Source of the DNA: Azolla caroliniana
Taxonomy: Eukaryota; Plantae; Polypodiophyta
Length of the DNA: 64,000 nucleotides
NCBI GenBank assembly: GCA_043228905.1
Contig: JBHGNT010000006.1
Location: 16,616,001-16,680,000, forward strand
Direction: 5' to 3'
Shown here: positions 29,360 to 43,304 of the stretch, piece by piece
Layout of the letters: each line of letters starts with the position of its first letter
Position numbering within the stretch: position 1 is the first letter of the stretch
The notes under the pieces: generated by a model
What the model was told of the DNA's origin: nothing
The model's input: the letters and a program-made list of their open reading frames with translations, nothing else
Database searches by the model: none
Made by a program: the position numbers and the translations under genes

Positions 29360-32300
29360 CTCTTCTACTGCACAGAGTCACTCCCGATTCCTTACATGGT
29401 ATTAGAGCGATTGGTAGCTTGATCCAAGTCCATCTATATGTGTTGTGCCAAAGCCCACGTTCACGAAGAACTAGTCGATGACTATAGCACCAACCTGCAG
29501 AGTTCGCATCACAGAGAAGAAGAAGAAGAAGAAGTTCAACATGAATACTCAGATGGGAAGCGCTCTTACTACCGAGAAACTCGACAGAAACAACTTCGCA
29601 TCTTTGGAGTACAAGATGCACCAATACTTTCTCGGACAGGGCTATTGGAGCTATGTTGAGGGAGCTCAAGAAAAGCAACCCAACCCAGCACATGCCGACC
29701 ACCCAGCTTGGGAGTAAGCGGTAAGTCGTATGCTATATTGCCTTGCATCATGCGTTCATGATCACATGCTCGGCTACATCGGAGAGGCCAAAACGTTGAA
29801 GAAGGCATGGGGAAACCTCGAAAACATATTCCCAGCCAACACGACTGCACGAAAGGTTCAACTTCGTCAAGAGTTGAACAACATACAACAAAAGGATATG
29901 TCAATCGACAACTACACCTTGAAGATCAAGGAGTTGTGCGACTCCCTCGGGTCAATCAATGTGAACATTGACGATGACGTAATGGTGCAAATATGCCTCG
30001 CAGGCCGAGCACCTCGGTTCAACGCCATATGGTCGACAGTCCTTGCGAGGAAGAATCCTCCTTCCTTCTTCAACCTCTAATCGATGCCACTAGTCGAAGA
30101 AAATCACGTCTGAATAAGAGGCAACAGATCAGATGGACAAATGTTGTACACAAGTTTGGACGGAGGAAGGGGACAAAGTTGTGAAAGAAGAGGCCAATTT
30201 GGCCAAGCCCAACATAACCAAGAACCACCCCATGAACACAACTTCTACTACTGGCGAGATGCTGCAAACGCACGAGGCAGAGCGTCTGGTAGAAGGGGGA
30301 GCAATCATGCCGGACCTAGCCGTCAAAACAATTGCGCCCAGTGCGGATACTGTGGCAAACTTGGCCATTACTAGGCAGAGTGTTGGAAAATGAAGAGTGA
30401 GTCAATCTTCACAAGGCCCCAACTCACCAACTACGCCTCCAACTCTGACTACAATGATCATGGCAGAATGCTTGTAATGAGGCACATAGTGAACTCAATG
30501 TCGGCCTTCAACACTTCCAACTCAGAAGATGTATGGTTTGTTGACTCGGTGCATCCAATCACATCACATCTCATACAGATTGGTTTCAAGAGCTACGAAA
30601 GCCCGAACAACCCGTCTATGTGGAAACTAGGGTTGACATGATTCACCCCATTTAACATGTCGGTAATGTCCCATTCAGCGAAAAGGGTAACCAGACCTAC
30701 ATCAAGAGCATCTTGCATGTTTCGACAATAACGAAGAATTTGGTCTCGATTGGCCAAATTGTGGAACAAAGCACGGAAGTTCAATTCAACGATGAAGGAC
30801 ACTTCATAGAAAAGGAAGGCTGAATTATCCCTCGCGGTCGAAGAGAAGGTTAGATGTTTATTCTCAATTCTGACGAGATGAAATCGGAAATGTTTGCCAA
30901 GGGCCATGGACCCAATGCCAACATAGAGTTCTGGCACAAAAGGATAGGTTCCATCAATCTCCAGAAGCTCAAAGGAATGCAGTTGAAAGGGTCATCATTG
31001 GACTCCCGACCTTTACTGAGAAGGAGATTGCAGGTGTATGCGAAGCCTACCAATTTAGCAAACAACATCGCCAACTGTTCCTGAAAGAGAGGAATGTGAG
31101 CAAAGGGATCTTGTATGTAATATATTCTGATGTATGGGAACCAACCCAAAGAGCAACATTCGGTGGTTGCTGGTATTATATGACATTTTTCGACAACTTC
31201 TCCAGGCACACCTAGATATTCCTTATGCGGTAAAAGAGTGAAGTGTTCTCACACTTCTAGAAATTCAAAAACAAAGTCGAAAAGGCAACCAGACATCATG
31301 TATGGTGCCTTTGATCGGAGGCTGGCAAAGGATACTTCTCCGACGCCTTCACAACATACCTTCGATAAGAAGGAATCCGAAGGGAGTTTACATGCCGACA
31401 GACATCTCAGTAGAACGTAGTAGCCGGACAAAAGAACTGACACATACTCGAGGTGGCAAGGGGGATGATGAATGAGAAACATTTGCCAAAATCATACTGA
31501 CAGGCTGAAGTGGCGAAACGGTCTTCTATGTAATGAATCGTTGCACAACATCCGGAGTGCATGATATTACCCCCCATGAGAGATTTTATGGAAAGGAGCC
31601 GGATCCATCCTACATCATGATATTCAACTCGACCGTGTACATACATATTACCGACGAGAAGCGGCAAAAGCTTGATCCTAAGTCAGAGAAAGGTATCCTC
31701 GTGGGGTACTTGCTTGAACAAAAGGGGTATAAGTGCTTACCAAGAAGGTATGAGTGAGTAGCGACATCGTATTCGACGAATTGGCTTCCTCGTACACAAT
31801 CGACTCAACTCCATCGGATCCGATCGAAACCAACTTCGACCTAGATTCAGAGGAGGATGATTGACTAAGGCTCACAACAAAGGAAAGTACTCAACCAGGT
31901 TGAGTGGATGACAAGAGCCTCGAAGATTCCAAAGCACGTCACAACCAAGTCCAAAACTGGACAAAGGGAAGGCCACAATGCCTGAGTACAAAGACTCAGA
32001 TGGAAATGAATCGGCTCACTCACTTGACAATGAGTATGGTGGATTGGATGTGCCTATCGTGAGGACACCAAGAGCCAAGAAATTGTGCACAAAGATGAGT
32101 GAACAACCCCATCGGTCCACCCAAGAAAAGAACGCGGTTAGCCGATTCAGCTACAACGACTACAGGGCATATCATTAAGCATTCACGATGAAGGTGGCGA
32201 CAGTTCGAGAGCTGGAAAGTTTTTCCGAAGCCACAAAGGACCCGCGATGGGTAGAAGCGATGAATGAGGAGATGTAAGCACTCTCCAAAAACGAGATGTG

Positions 32301-33225
32301 AGATCTCGTCCCCTCTTCACCCCATTAGAAGGCAATATAGCGGGTGCCGATGATACCATCAATTGGTATAAGGCCCAACTTGTGGCAAAGGGCTATGCGC
32401 AAATGCATGAGGTCGATTATGAAGAGACCTTTGCCTCGGTGGCAAAGATGACAACCATTTGAACTGTGATCACTCTTGTAGCTGGCAAAGGGTGGCACCT
32501 CCACCAAATGGACGTAAAGAACACCTTTCTTCAAGGCCAACTAGAAGAGGAGGTGTACATGGTACAACCGCCTGGTTTCCAGTCGAGCACACACCCACAA
32601 GTGGTATGCTGACTCAAAAAGCCTCTCTACGGCCTCAAGCAGGCACCTACAACCTGGCATTCGAAGATAACACAATATCTTCACCAAATCGGCTTTAAAA
32701 TGTCCAAGTTTGACAATTCTCTATTCATCCGAAGCGACTCCAAAGGACAAGTATTTATCATAATATATGTGGATGAATTGGTCATTGGAGGAGAGCATTT
32801 AATAGGTATTGATCATATCAAAAAGCTTTTCTCTGGCCGTTTCGAAATGAAAGACATGAAGGAGCTCCATTACTTCCTAGGAATAAAAGTCATTCAAACT
32901 CTAGATGTCGTCATGATCTCCTAGCGACACTATATCCTCAATCTTATTTACAAGTTTGGGATGAGAGAGTGTAAGTTCATCGCCACCCCTCTCGATAGAA
33001 ATCCAAAGCTAGATGTTGATTCGGCACAGAAGAGTGTGAGCCGACTTTCTATCGTCACCTAATTGGAAGCCTAATCTACCTCACCATTACTTAGCCCGAC
33101 CTCAGTTACAAGGTCCGTCTCCTTAGCCAGTTTATGCAGACACCACGAAACATTCACCTGGACTATGTTAAACGAATGTTATGCTATGTGAGTGGAACCA
33201 TGGATTATAGCGTCCTCTACAAATC
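29030..33225 (+). mobile_element. Decayed Ty1/copia (5' LTR, gag, PR, INT, RT; truncated before RNase H)
   Basis: LTR 29030-29396 TGTTG...TTACA; Met PBS TGGTATTAGAGC; gag KLDRNNF; WFVDS; INT and RT (YVDE) motifs with many stops. Confidence 0.88.
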
Positions 33226-35845
33226 GTCCCGTTATGTAGACAGGGACCTTCTTGCCGTAGACCGCCTTCCGGAGAGCTGGTGCCACAGTAAGCGCCTCTT
33301 TTAATCTCCGGATCGATTCCATATGTTCATCACTCCATTCGAATTTTTTCCCTTTTTTAAGCAATCCGTAGAGCGGTTCCGCGACGTGTGCATAGTGCGG
33401 CATTCAAAGGTGATAGAACGTGCATGCCCCCAGGAACCTCCGCACCTCCGTAACCGACTTGCATTTTTCCTTCATCGTGGAGATGGCCTCTACCTTTGCC
33501 CGAGACGGTTTCTGGCCGTAAGGCCCGCACAGGTGACCGACCACAAGGATCTCTTGCTGCCCGAAAGCCGACTTCTCTCCGAAGAGGGTGAGCCACGCAC
33601 CCCCTAGCCTTTGCAGTACCTTCTCGCAGACGTCAATGTGGTGCGCCACGAATGTTCGGCATCCGTCCGGCCCAACCGTCTCATCCTTATCCTCCACCGG
33701 GCACCCCTTTATCGGTATATCATCCTGAATGCCATTGAGTTTGTCCCTCCCTACGGCAGGGTACACATGCGCACTAATCTGAGAGGTGTCCGCATCGTCG
33801 TGACATCCGTGCTATCCTCGGCTAGTTGGAATTGGTCGTACCCTGAGTATAGATCCCCGACCGAATAGATCGACCTCCCGGCGAAGGCCTCTACAAACCC
33901 GTCAATCGTCGGTCCGACTCCTGCGTTCCGACTGGTCACTTTATTGACCGGTTGCAGGTCCTGAATGAAACGCAACGTGCCATTCTTCTTAGGCACAGTA
34001 AACCACCAATTCGAGTATGGGGCACTCGACAGTTCGAGGATGACCATCTCCACCTTCTACTTTAGCATCTCCATCAGCTTCGGGATGTGAGCTCTGGGTA
34101 TTAGAATAGGTTTGAGATTCCATCAGCTCAACGACCGTCGGGTCCACGCACCCAATCTCTCCTTGTGAGAATGTGAAGGCCTTCCCGTGCCTCCCAAGTA
34201 TTCTCCGAAACCGTTCCTCCTCCGCCGGCAGTAGAAAGCCATCCCCACCAACGTTGAGCTCCCATAGCGTTGTGTTGGTGAACTAGTGTCCTATACCGGA
34301 CGAATACCGTAGACTTGGGTCTGACGCGACCCCTTTCATCCATAACCCGCAGCCCTCCAGCAAGGGTGCAACGACTGGCCTCACCTTCCGGTCCACAGTC
34401 TTGTACCTCGTATGCACGCAGGCCGTCCGATCCGACTTGAGCCTTTCCCCAAAGTTAGTAATGATTCCGTACATCTCCACCGAGTTAACCGGAATCATTC
34501 GGTCTTCACTGAGGCCTTCATCGATCACCTTCCCAATTTCCCCGAGGGTCTCATCGAAAGAGACTGCCTCCACTGCGCCGCTAATTTCCTCATCGGGGGT
34601 GAGGACTCCACGTATCTTGAGTCGTTCCTCCGCTCACTTCTTCTCCTAGCCAATGATGTCGGCTATCATACAACCTCCGCTATTGGAGAACCAAAACTTC
34701 CGACCTATGGTACATGTGTGGGGATCCTCCGAGGTGTCCGGACTATCGCGGCCCCATGCCTTGATAGCCCTCTCTAAAAATCCCCGCTGCTTTCGCCGCT
34801 GAGGGTCTCGCGATTGCGCTCATGGTTCGGTCGCACGATCAAGAATTGGACGGAGTGTCGTCCATCTTGGCTCTTCACGCGTGCGTACGCCGAACCGTTA
34901 TCCAGCACTTTCGTCTCCATACGTGCTGCCGTAATGTACGGTTCTCCGAGTATCACCGGATCCGAGGATGTCTCCTGCACGAAGAAGTGTTGGTCGATCT
35001 CGACATCACCGATTTTCACCCGCACATTTGGGCAAGCCCCATGTAGCTCTTCCGTGGCGCATGTCGTTGCTCATATTTTCCACCCGTTCTTGGTGTTAAT
35101 CGGCCACTTGCCTTTCTTGTAGAAGTCCATAGACATCAAGTTGATTTCCGAACCGTGGTCTACTAATGCTACCACCGGCTCCTGGACGTCCCCGATCCTA
35201 ACTAGGGTCTCCGTAGTGGCTCTTGCCTAGTGCAGCTTTGAATAGTGGCCTTCCGCTAACTCGTCTTCTAGCGCCATGTCTTCTAGGTGCGTCGTTTGCA
35301 CCTCCACCGGCCTCTCTGGCTCCGGCTCTGTCAAAAGTCTCTTCCACTTCACCAAGTCCACGATGGAGTCATGGAATTCTTTCTTGGAGATCCCGAGCAC
35401 TTCCCTCAGCAACAACTCTACCTTGCTGTCGAGGATTCGTTCCTCAAGGACCTTCCGTAGGTTCGTCGTTCTTTCTATCTCGGTGCTCAACCGGTAGCCG
35501 ACTTTCTTTGCTTTATCCGGTGTGCCGGCAGCACCGGCGTCATTCCGCTTCAGCCCGAATCGGGTCTTGTACCGTTGCAAAGATCCGGAACCTCCTGCCT
35601 TCCCCACACGCTTGTCTTCTACCAGGACCTCGTAGTTCTGGCACGCGGCTTCCACAAAACCGGTCTTTTCTTCGACCGGATCGTTCCACCCGGTGACCTC
35701 CTGGACCCGCCTTTCCGCACGGTCCACTTCTTCCCTTCTCAACCGTACACCGATGAGGCCTTCTAGTACCACCGGCTAGAACCCGGAGTCTTTCGTCTTC
35801 CGGCCTTCATCACTCCCGACCCGAATTCCTGCGGATACTGAGTAT
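33226..35845 (-). mobile_element. Internal fragment of the Trp-primed Ty3 lineage (gag end, PR, frameshift site, RT)
   Basis: Homologous to 44360-47085; LVDHGSEIN; GGATTTTTAG at 34783-34774; no LTRs, so the ends look like deletion junctions. Confidence 0.88.
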
Positions 35846-36069
35846 ATAAGCGATAACCTAACATTGTAAAGAGAGACATATCATCTTGTACATCGAGTCT
35901 CTCAGAGATAGAGAGAAAACAGAAATAAAGAGAGCTTCCATTATAGCTTCATTTGTGTGTCTATCATCTGTTTATATCTTCTTTCCTTCCTTCTGTGTTG
36001 TTTGCTGAGCATAACCGATAGGTCCTCACATACGTTTCTGCGCATATCTATCCCTCACTACCGCCAACA
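35846..36069 (+). repeat. 3' part of an LTR of another family
   Basis: TATATAAG followed by an R/U5-like segment ending CCAACA, abutting copia RT. Confidence 0.5.
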
Positions 36070-36903
36070 ACACACGAACGGTCATCATCTTTGCGACCAA
36101 TGCGAACGTCTCATTGTAATTGATGTTGTGTGTCTACGCATAGGCCTTGGGCACCAATTTGGCCTTGTACCTGTTGATTGAGCCGTCGGTGTTGTATTTA
36201 CCTTATACACCCACCTGCATCCGATCGGCTTCACTCCTTTGGGGGGTTCAATGTGGTCCCATGTCTCATTGTCGGCTAGAGCATGCATCTCTTCCTCCAT
36301 AGCCGCTCTCCAATTGGCGTCCTGTGCCGCCTTCATGTAGCTCTCCGGCTCATGTATCTCCACCACTTTGGTCATGAACGCATAATGATGCGTCTTGTAC
36401 TCATTGTACTCGTACCTAATGACAAGCTTCTTCTAGAGAGATGATTAGCGCAACCTTTTGTTGGCCGTCTTCAAGGTCCTTTTGGTCGATTCCGACCTCA
36501 ACTTCGAAGGTCCATCTTCGCTCATGGCCCCATCGGATTCGCTTTGATCCGATGTGTCAACATTGGTGCCGTATCCCAACATCTTTTCCTTGTGGGTAGG
36601 CCGTCTCCTTCACTTCATTCGTGCGGATTGCATGAACGAGTCTCCACTACTCGCCAACTCCTACTCCAACCGGTCGTTTTGACTCAATCCCTTATTCAGC
36701 CCGCTTAGCCGAAATGATATTGGACTCTCCTCTAGAGTGCCGATGTCTTCCTCAACTAGAGGATTGGCCTCACGGGCCTCATCTTCAAAACTTGGCATGG
36801 AGTTCATAGGGATCAGATTGGACGGAGGTTGGTACCATGAGGCCGTTTTGTCGAACACAACATCATGGCTTACTCAAACATGTTTCATCTTAGGGTTATA
36901 ACA
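36070..36903 (-). pseudogene. Ty1/copia INT-RT fragment (continues at 49974-50085), host of the 36904 insertion
   Basis: EPESYMKAAQDANWRAAMEEEM; KGYKCYNPK is restored when 49979 is joined to 36903. Confidence 0.8.
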
Positions 36904-39900
36904 TGTGAATGTAAACGTGCGGAAGCATTAGATAGAACTAGCTCAACCTGATAGCAACAGAGAATAAGATGAAGGTTTAATGGAGAAGCTTAGTATACAA
37001 AGAGTATATGTGGGAGAGACAGAGAGAGCAAAACGTAAGCGTATATTCAAAAAAATGAAAATACTTTGTAACTCTGTACATACAACGTGCTAAACAACAC
37101 TATTTATACAAGTCCGTAAAGGACTAACAAAAGTACTGACAGGTACTTTAATATTCCTACGTGCGATTGACACTAACTAAGAGACAATGATTACCTAGTA
37201 GTCTAGGCCACTACTAGGCTTCTGGTTCCTGCTCGAATCCGACTATCTGATCCGTCTCCCCGATCCGGCTGGTTGTTTCCGGATACCGATCCGGCTCATC
37301 CTTCCGGATGCCAATCCAGATCCGGTTGAGCTTGCTCTCTCAACACTCCCCCTCAAGCTCAACTTGAGGTCGGATCATGGTGTTAGTGTTGGCGGCAGCC
37401 GGTTCTTCTACGCGGCTCCTTTTGGCGTTGCTCCGCCTTGCTTGCGCTCCTCATCCGGTCCGGTCCTGTTTGCCACGACCCTTCTGGTTCTGTACACCTC
37501 GACCTCCTCGATCGTCTTGTTTTCTCAACAAGCCCATTTCAGCTTCCTCACTACTGTGACTCCAGCGCTTGTCGACCCATCGGTTCCTTCATGTTGGCGT
37601 CGACTTCCGCTACGTCTGTGTCCGTTTGGCCTTTAGTTGATCCGCCTTTTCTGAATCTTGAATTGAATCGGTTTCCTTCGATTTGTTCCAACTCTTGTCC
37701 AAATCGGTTGCTCTGGATTCGTTCCAGCTCTTGTCTGAGTCGATGTTCTCCAACTCGTCTTCCAATTTCAGGCCCTTCATCATATCAAACCATGTCCGGG
37801 TCTTGGCCTTCCGAGTCAGTGTTCTCCAACTCGTCTTCTAGTTTCAGGCCCTTCATCATATCAGACCATGTCCAGGTCTTGGCCTTCTCCTTCCAGTCGG
37901 CTCTATCATTCTTGAATCTGCCGCCGCTGTCGCTCGTTCCGACTTGTTCGGATGTGCTGACTTCCTTCGTTGACTCGGCTTCCTTTTTCCCTTTTTGTCT
38001 CCCCCTTTGTTGGTTCTTTCTTCCTCTCTGGCTCCTTGTCCAGTGCCATCCGTTCCCTTTCCTTTTCTCCCCCTCAAGTGCGGCACATCGAGATGCTGAA
38101 TACCGAGCATCTCCGAAAAATGTTGCAACTTGTCCGATCTAAGCGGCTTGGTGAAGATGTCGGCAACTTGCCGATCCGTGTGAACATACCGAAGTTCAAC
38201 TTCACCGCTCAGGACCCGCTCGTGAACAATGTGATAATGCACTTCTATGTGCTTTGTTTGAGCATGGAATATAGGGTTCCTGGCGAGCTGAATGCTGCTC
38301 ATGTTGTCAAAGTAGATCAGGATCGGGGTTGGTACATCGATTCGGAGGTCACACAGTAGTCGTCGAAGCCAGATGGCTTCATTGGTGGCATTGGTAGCAC
38401 CCTGGTACTCAGCCTCAGTGCTCGATAGAGCCACTATTGGCTGCTTTTTGCTGCTCCACGCAACAACCACGCTACCTAGAGAAAACATGTAACCGGAGGT
38501 GGATCGGTGATCCGATGCATCACTAGCCCAGTCGGCATCGGTATATCTGACTAGCTTCCCAGCTATACCATGTCGGTATAACAGTCCCCGATCCTTTGTG
38601 AGACTAACATACCAGAGTATCTAGTGGGCGCACTGAAGGTGCTCAACAGTTGGCTTCTGCATGAACTAGCTGATCACTTCGACCGGGTAATTGAGGTCGG
38701 GTCAAGTGATTGTCAGGTATATGAGGCTTCCGACAATTTGTCGGAATTGTTTCTCATTGCAGGCCGGTCCGGATTTGGGACGGAGCTTCTGGTTCCGGTC
38801 CAGGGGCGTGGACACAGGTCGGCATTCCGTCATGCCGAACTTGTACAACATATTCAACACATAGTGTCGTTGTGAGAGCAATATGCCGTCGGGGGTTCGG
38901 ATCACCTCGATCCCAAGAAAATAATGAAGGTCTCCCAGGTCCTTCATTTCAAATGCATCCGATAGCTGGAACTTTACGCGGCTGATTTCATTGAGTCCGG
39001 GTCCGGTGATGACTAAATCATCAACATAAAGTAGGATGCAAACCGGACTGTCTGAACCTTGCCGGATGAACAACAATGAGTCGGATTTAGATGTCACAAA
39101 CCCCATCTTACGCAACTGGTGTGTAATCTTCGCACTCCAAGCTCGGGGGGCTTGTTTCAGACTGTAAAGTGACTTCTTAAGCCGACACACCACCGACTTG
39201 TTCATCTCCGACTGAAAACCAGAAGGTTGGATCATATAGACCCGTTCTTCAAGGTCACCTTGAAGAAACGCATTCTTCACATCCATTTGGTGAAGATGTC
39301 ACCCCCTTGCAACAACAACTGCCAGTACCACATGAACCGTCGTCATCTTCGCTACCGGTGCGAAGGTCTCGTCGTAGTCGATTCCCTGGGTCTGTGCATA
39401 TCCCTTCGCCACTAATTGGGCCTTGTACTGGTTAACCGAACCGTCAGCATTGTACTTTATCTTGTACACCCATTTGCAACCGATTGGTTTACAGTGTCGG
39501 GGAGGGTCAACTAGGTCCCATGTGTCGTTGGCATCGAGTGCCCGCATTTCTTCTTCCATAGCGGCATGCCAATTTGCGTCCTTTGTCGCTTCTGCATAGC
39601 TCTCCGGCTCACGCACTTCCGCCACTTTGGTCATGTACGCATAGTGATGCGCCATGTACTCATTGTAGCCATACCGCGTAACGGGGTTCTTCTTGCGGGA
39701 AGACCGGCGTAACTTGTCATCACCCGATTTGGGGCCCTTCTTGGCCGGTTCGGACTTCAGTCCTGAAGATCTGCCTTAATCCTTTCCGAAGTTGGAGTCG
39801 CTCCGATCCGACTCAACGTTGCCAAAATTCGTATTCCAACATCTTCTTCTTCCCCTTCTCTTTGCGTGTGAACTGTCTCCTCGGTTTCTTGCGTGGGGAG

Positions 39901-42900
39901 AGCACGACAAAGTCTCCACTACTCGCCGGTTCTTCATCCGACTAGTCATCTAGACTCAGCCGTCTCCACTACTCACCGGTTCTTCATCTGACTGGTCATC
40001 TCGACTCAGCCACTCATTCGGTCCACTGAGCCGGAATGAGATCGGACTCTCTTCTAGAGTGTCGAAGTCTTCATCTTCTATCTGGACCTCCTCGGACTCA
40101 CTAACCTCATCTTCCGGAATCGGGTCTTCGTCGGGAGTTGGAGTCGTTAAGGAGTACCATGATGCCATCTCATCAAACTCAACATCTCGGCTTACTCAGA
40201 CCTGCTTAGTCCGGGGTATAGCACTTATACCCCTTCTACTCATGCGAATAGCCAACTAGGATGCATTTCTCTGAATTCGGATCTAGCTTCCTCCTCTTCT
40301 CATCCAGTACATGCACATATGCTATGCTACCGAATATCTGAAGGTGTCTCAAATTCAGCTTCTGCCCGAAATACAACTAATGTGATGACACCTTGTCTCC
40401 GATCCGGTTTTGGATGTAGACGGCCATCTGGACTGCCTCAGCCCAATAGAATTGGGGCATGCTCTTCTCCTCCAGCATTGCCCTTGCCGTGTCGACAATC
40501 GACCGGTTCTTCCTTTCGGCCACACCGTTTTGCTCCGGCGTGTATTTGCAGCTGAATTCTCTCCGAATTCCGTTCTGCTGCAGATAACTATTGAATTGGC
40601 CAGAAAAATATTCTTTTCTGCGTTCCGACCGCAAGCACTTGACCTTCTCTCTGTTTCCCGTTCAACTAAGCTTTGCAAGTTCCGGAAACATTCAAATACT
40701 TCGCTCTTTCGTTCAATGAGGTAGATCCACATGTGCCAGCTATAGTCGTCGATGAAGGAGACGAAGTATCGACTCCCGCCATGACTAACGTTCTATGCCG
40801 GTCCCCATACGTCCGAATGTATTAGATCGAGCTTGTTACGGCTCCGGTTTTGTTCAGTGGGGAATGGAAGCCAATGTTGCTTCCCGAGTTGGCAGGCTTC
40901 ACAAATTTCGTCCTTCCGGCTGCTAAGTTTCGGCAAACCGAAGACAACTTGTTTCGATTGTAGGTCCTGAAGCCTCCGGTAGTTCACGTGGCCGATCCGC
41001 TTGTGCCATAGGTCAATGTCCGACTCGACCTTCTGCCCTTTGGCAAACATGGTGGTGCCAACGTCATTAGTGTTGAGGATGAACATCCTTCCTTCTCTGT
41101 GCCCTTGCACAATTATCTAGCCTTCTTCCTCGATGAAGCACCTGACATGAATAAACTGCACCTGCATCCCCTGGTCGACGATTTGTCCGATCGACACCAG
41201 GTTCTTTGTGATTGTCAAAACGTGTAATACGTTCATCAACTTCCCCTTTTGTCTGACATGGCTTAAAGGGACTTCTCCGACATGCACAATCGGTTGAGGG
41301 GTGTCGTCTCTGGTTTCGACAATCCCCAGTTGCTCCGGTTTCTCCAAAAAAGAGAACTAGTCTTCATGGCTCGTCATGTGGTTGGACGCTCCGTAATCAA
41401 TGTACCATACTTCCTCCAATTCGGAAGTAGTCTTCTTCATCGAGTTAGCCTTGTGCTTCATCACGAAGGTTGGCCCTTTACCGGTTTTCCCAGTTCCGGA
41501 TCCTTCTGATACTTCCACGTAGTGCGAGCTTTGTTGGTTCTCCCGACCGGTTTTGCCGGATCCGAATTTGTCCGAATCGGCGTGCTTCTTCCAACACTCG
41601 CTTTCCTTGTGGTCCTTTTTGCCACAGTACCGGCATTCCATGTGGGCCTTTCCTTGCCGGTTCCCGGCGCCGCTTTGACTCCCCCTATTTGTGGAGGGTT
41701 CGGAACTGCTGTTGACACCACCTCTGTGCCTCCGGTCCTGCCCTTGCCGGCCACCTCCATTGCGTGCCGACCCACCTCGTCCACCACGTCCATGGGGGCG
41801 ATCTTTCTCCGTGTACAACATCTGACCGTCCAATTGAGTGGTCCTTGACCCACTCGCGTGCTTTTCTTCGACCATCAACATCGATTGCAAGTCGAAGAAA
41901 GACAATGGTTTCTCTCGGGTGAAAATCGTTGTCCGGATTGGCCCGTACCTTTGTGCTAGACCACCGAGGCAGATTTGTACCATCTCGTCTTCATCCACCG
42001 TCACGTTGATGGACCCGAGTGTGTCGCAAATATCCTTTATCTTGGTGGTGTAATCCGTAACCGACATGTCTCTTTGCCAGATGTTGTTCAGCTCTTGCCA
42101 GAGCTGCAACTTACGGGTTGTGGTACTCATGGCGAAAATCTTCCTTAGATTTCCCCAGGTCGCCTTCGGCGTCTCTACATCCTTGATGTAGCCGAGCATC
42201 TGATCGTACACACAGGACGCGAGGCAATACAATACTCAGCTTGCTCCTTGCTCCCATACCGGGAAGTCATTGTGTGTCGGCTCCGACGCTACCTCGTTTG
42301 TTCCTTCCTCAAAGCTCCAATATACATGCCCCAGAAGGTACTGGTGCATCTTGTATGACCAAAACGCGTAGTTGCTCCGGTCGAGCTTCTTTGTTGGAAG
42401 TGAACTCGCCATTCCTTTGTCCATATCTTCTCTCTGTTTGTTGTTACTGGGTTCTAGGGTTCGTCTATGGAACCATGTGAATGTAAACGTGCAAAAGCAT
42501 TATATAGAACCGGCTCATCCTGATAGCAATAGAGAATAAGATGAAGGTTTGATGGAGAAGCTTAGTACACAAAGAGTATACGTTGTCGTGAAGAAAACCG
42601 TCCCCAGGCACAAACCATGTATAGTGTGTGTGAACTGGCCCTTACACGTGGGCACGCCCCTCGTTGTGCAGTAGATAGGCAGGCACAAAGGTCACATCCT
42701 AGGTAGCAATATCCTATAGGGAGAATCAAGGAGTATCTCTGTCCGAAAGGACAGAGAATTAATGTGATGTAAACGGGTAAGACGGCCTCCCTCCTTGAGC
42801 TATAAAAGAGAGGGAGACGGGGAGAGAAAGACATCGCGCGCTAGAGGGGACGAAGTGCTGTTGGACTGGGACCGAGCTCGTCTCCTCACCATAGCTTTCT

Positions 42901-43304
42901 TTGCGCAGGTTCTCGAGAGGCTGATTCTGCTCCGTGGAACGCCCGTGTGCTTCCGGCAGAATCTCCATCTTGCTCTCCTGTGAGCGTGGGTGATCAGGCA
43001 TCGGCATCCGTCTTGCCGACCTGGTCGGCTATATCTGTTCGAGTCATCTGCATACATATATTTATATACGCGTTCTTATACTCTATCTCCTGCCCAACTC
43101 GTGTCTCTTGTGTTGATTGGGCTGCGTTCCCGCGCGCTTCTTTGTCTATCCGTGTGTGAGCGTGTCTCTCTCTCTCTCTCTCTCTTTTCCCCACCTATTC
43201 CTCGGTCCAAGACCCCAGTGGTCCCGCCTTGTTCTCCACGCACGCGCGTAACAACGCGACATCTTTGGTGAACCCGACGTGAACAGGCGGCAGAGGAGTA
43301 GAAG

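Noticed and set aside
29030-33225. RIP-like mutation pattern
   Set aside because: Stops such as CAG>TAG, CGA>TGA and TGG>TGA fit ordinary deamination of methylated cytosines; no context count was done.
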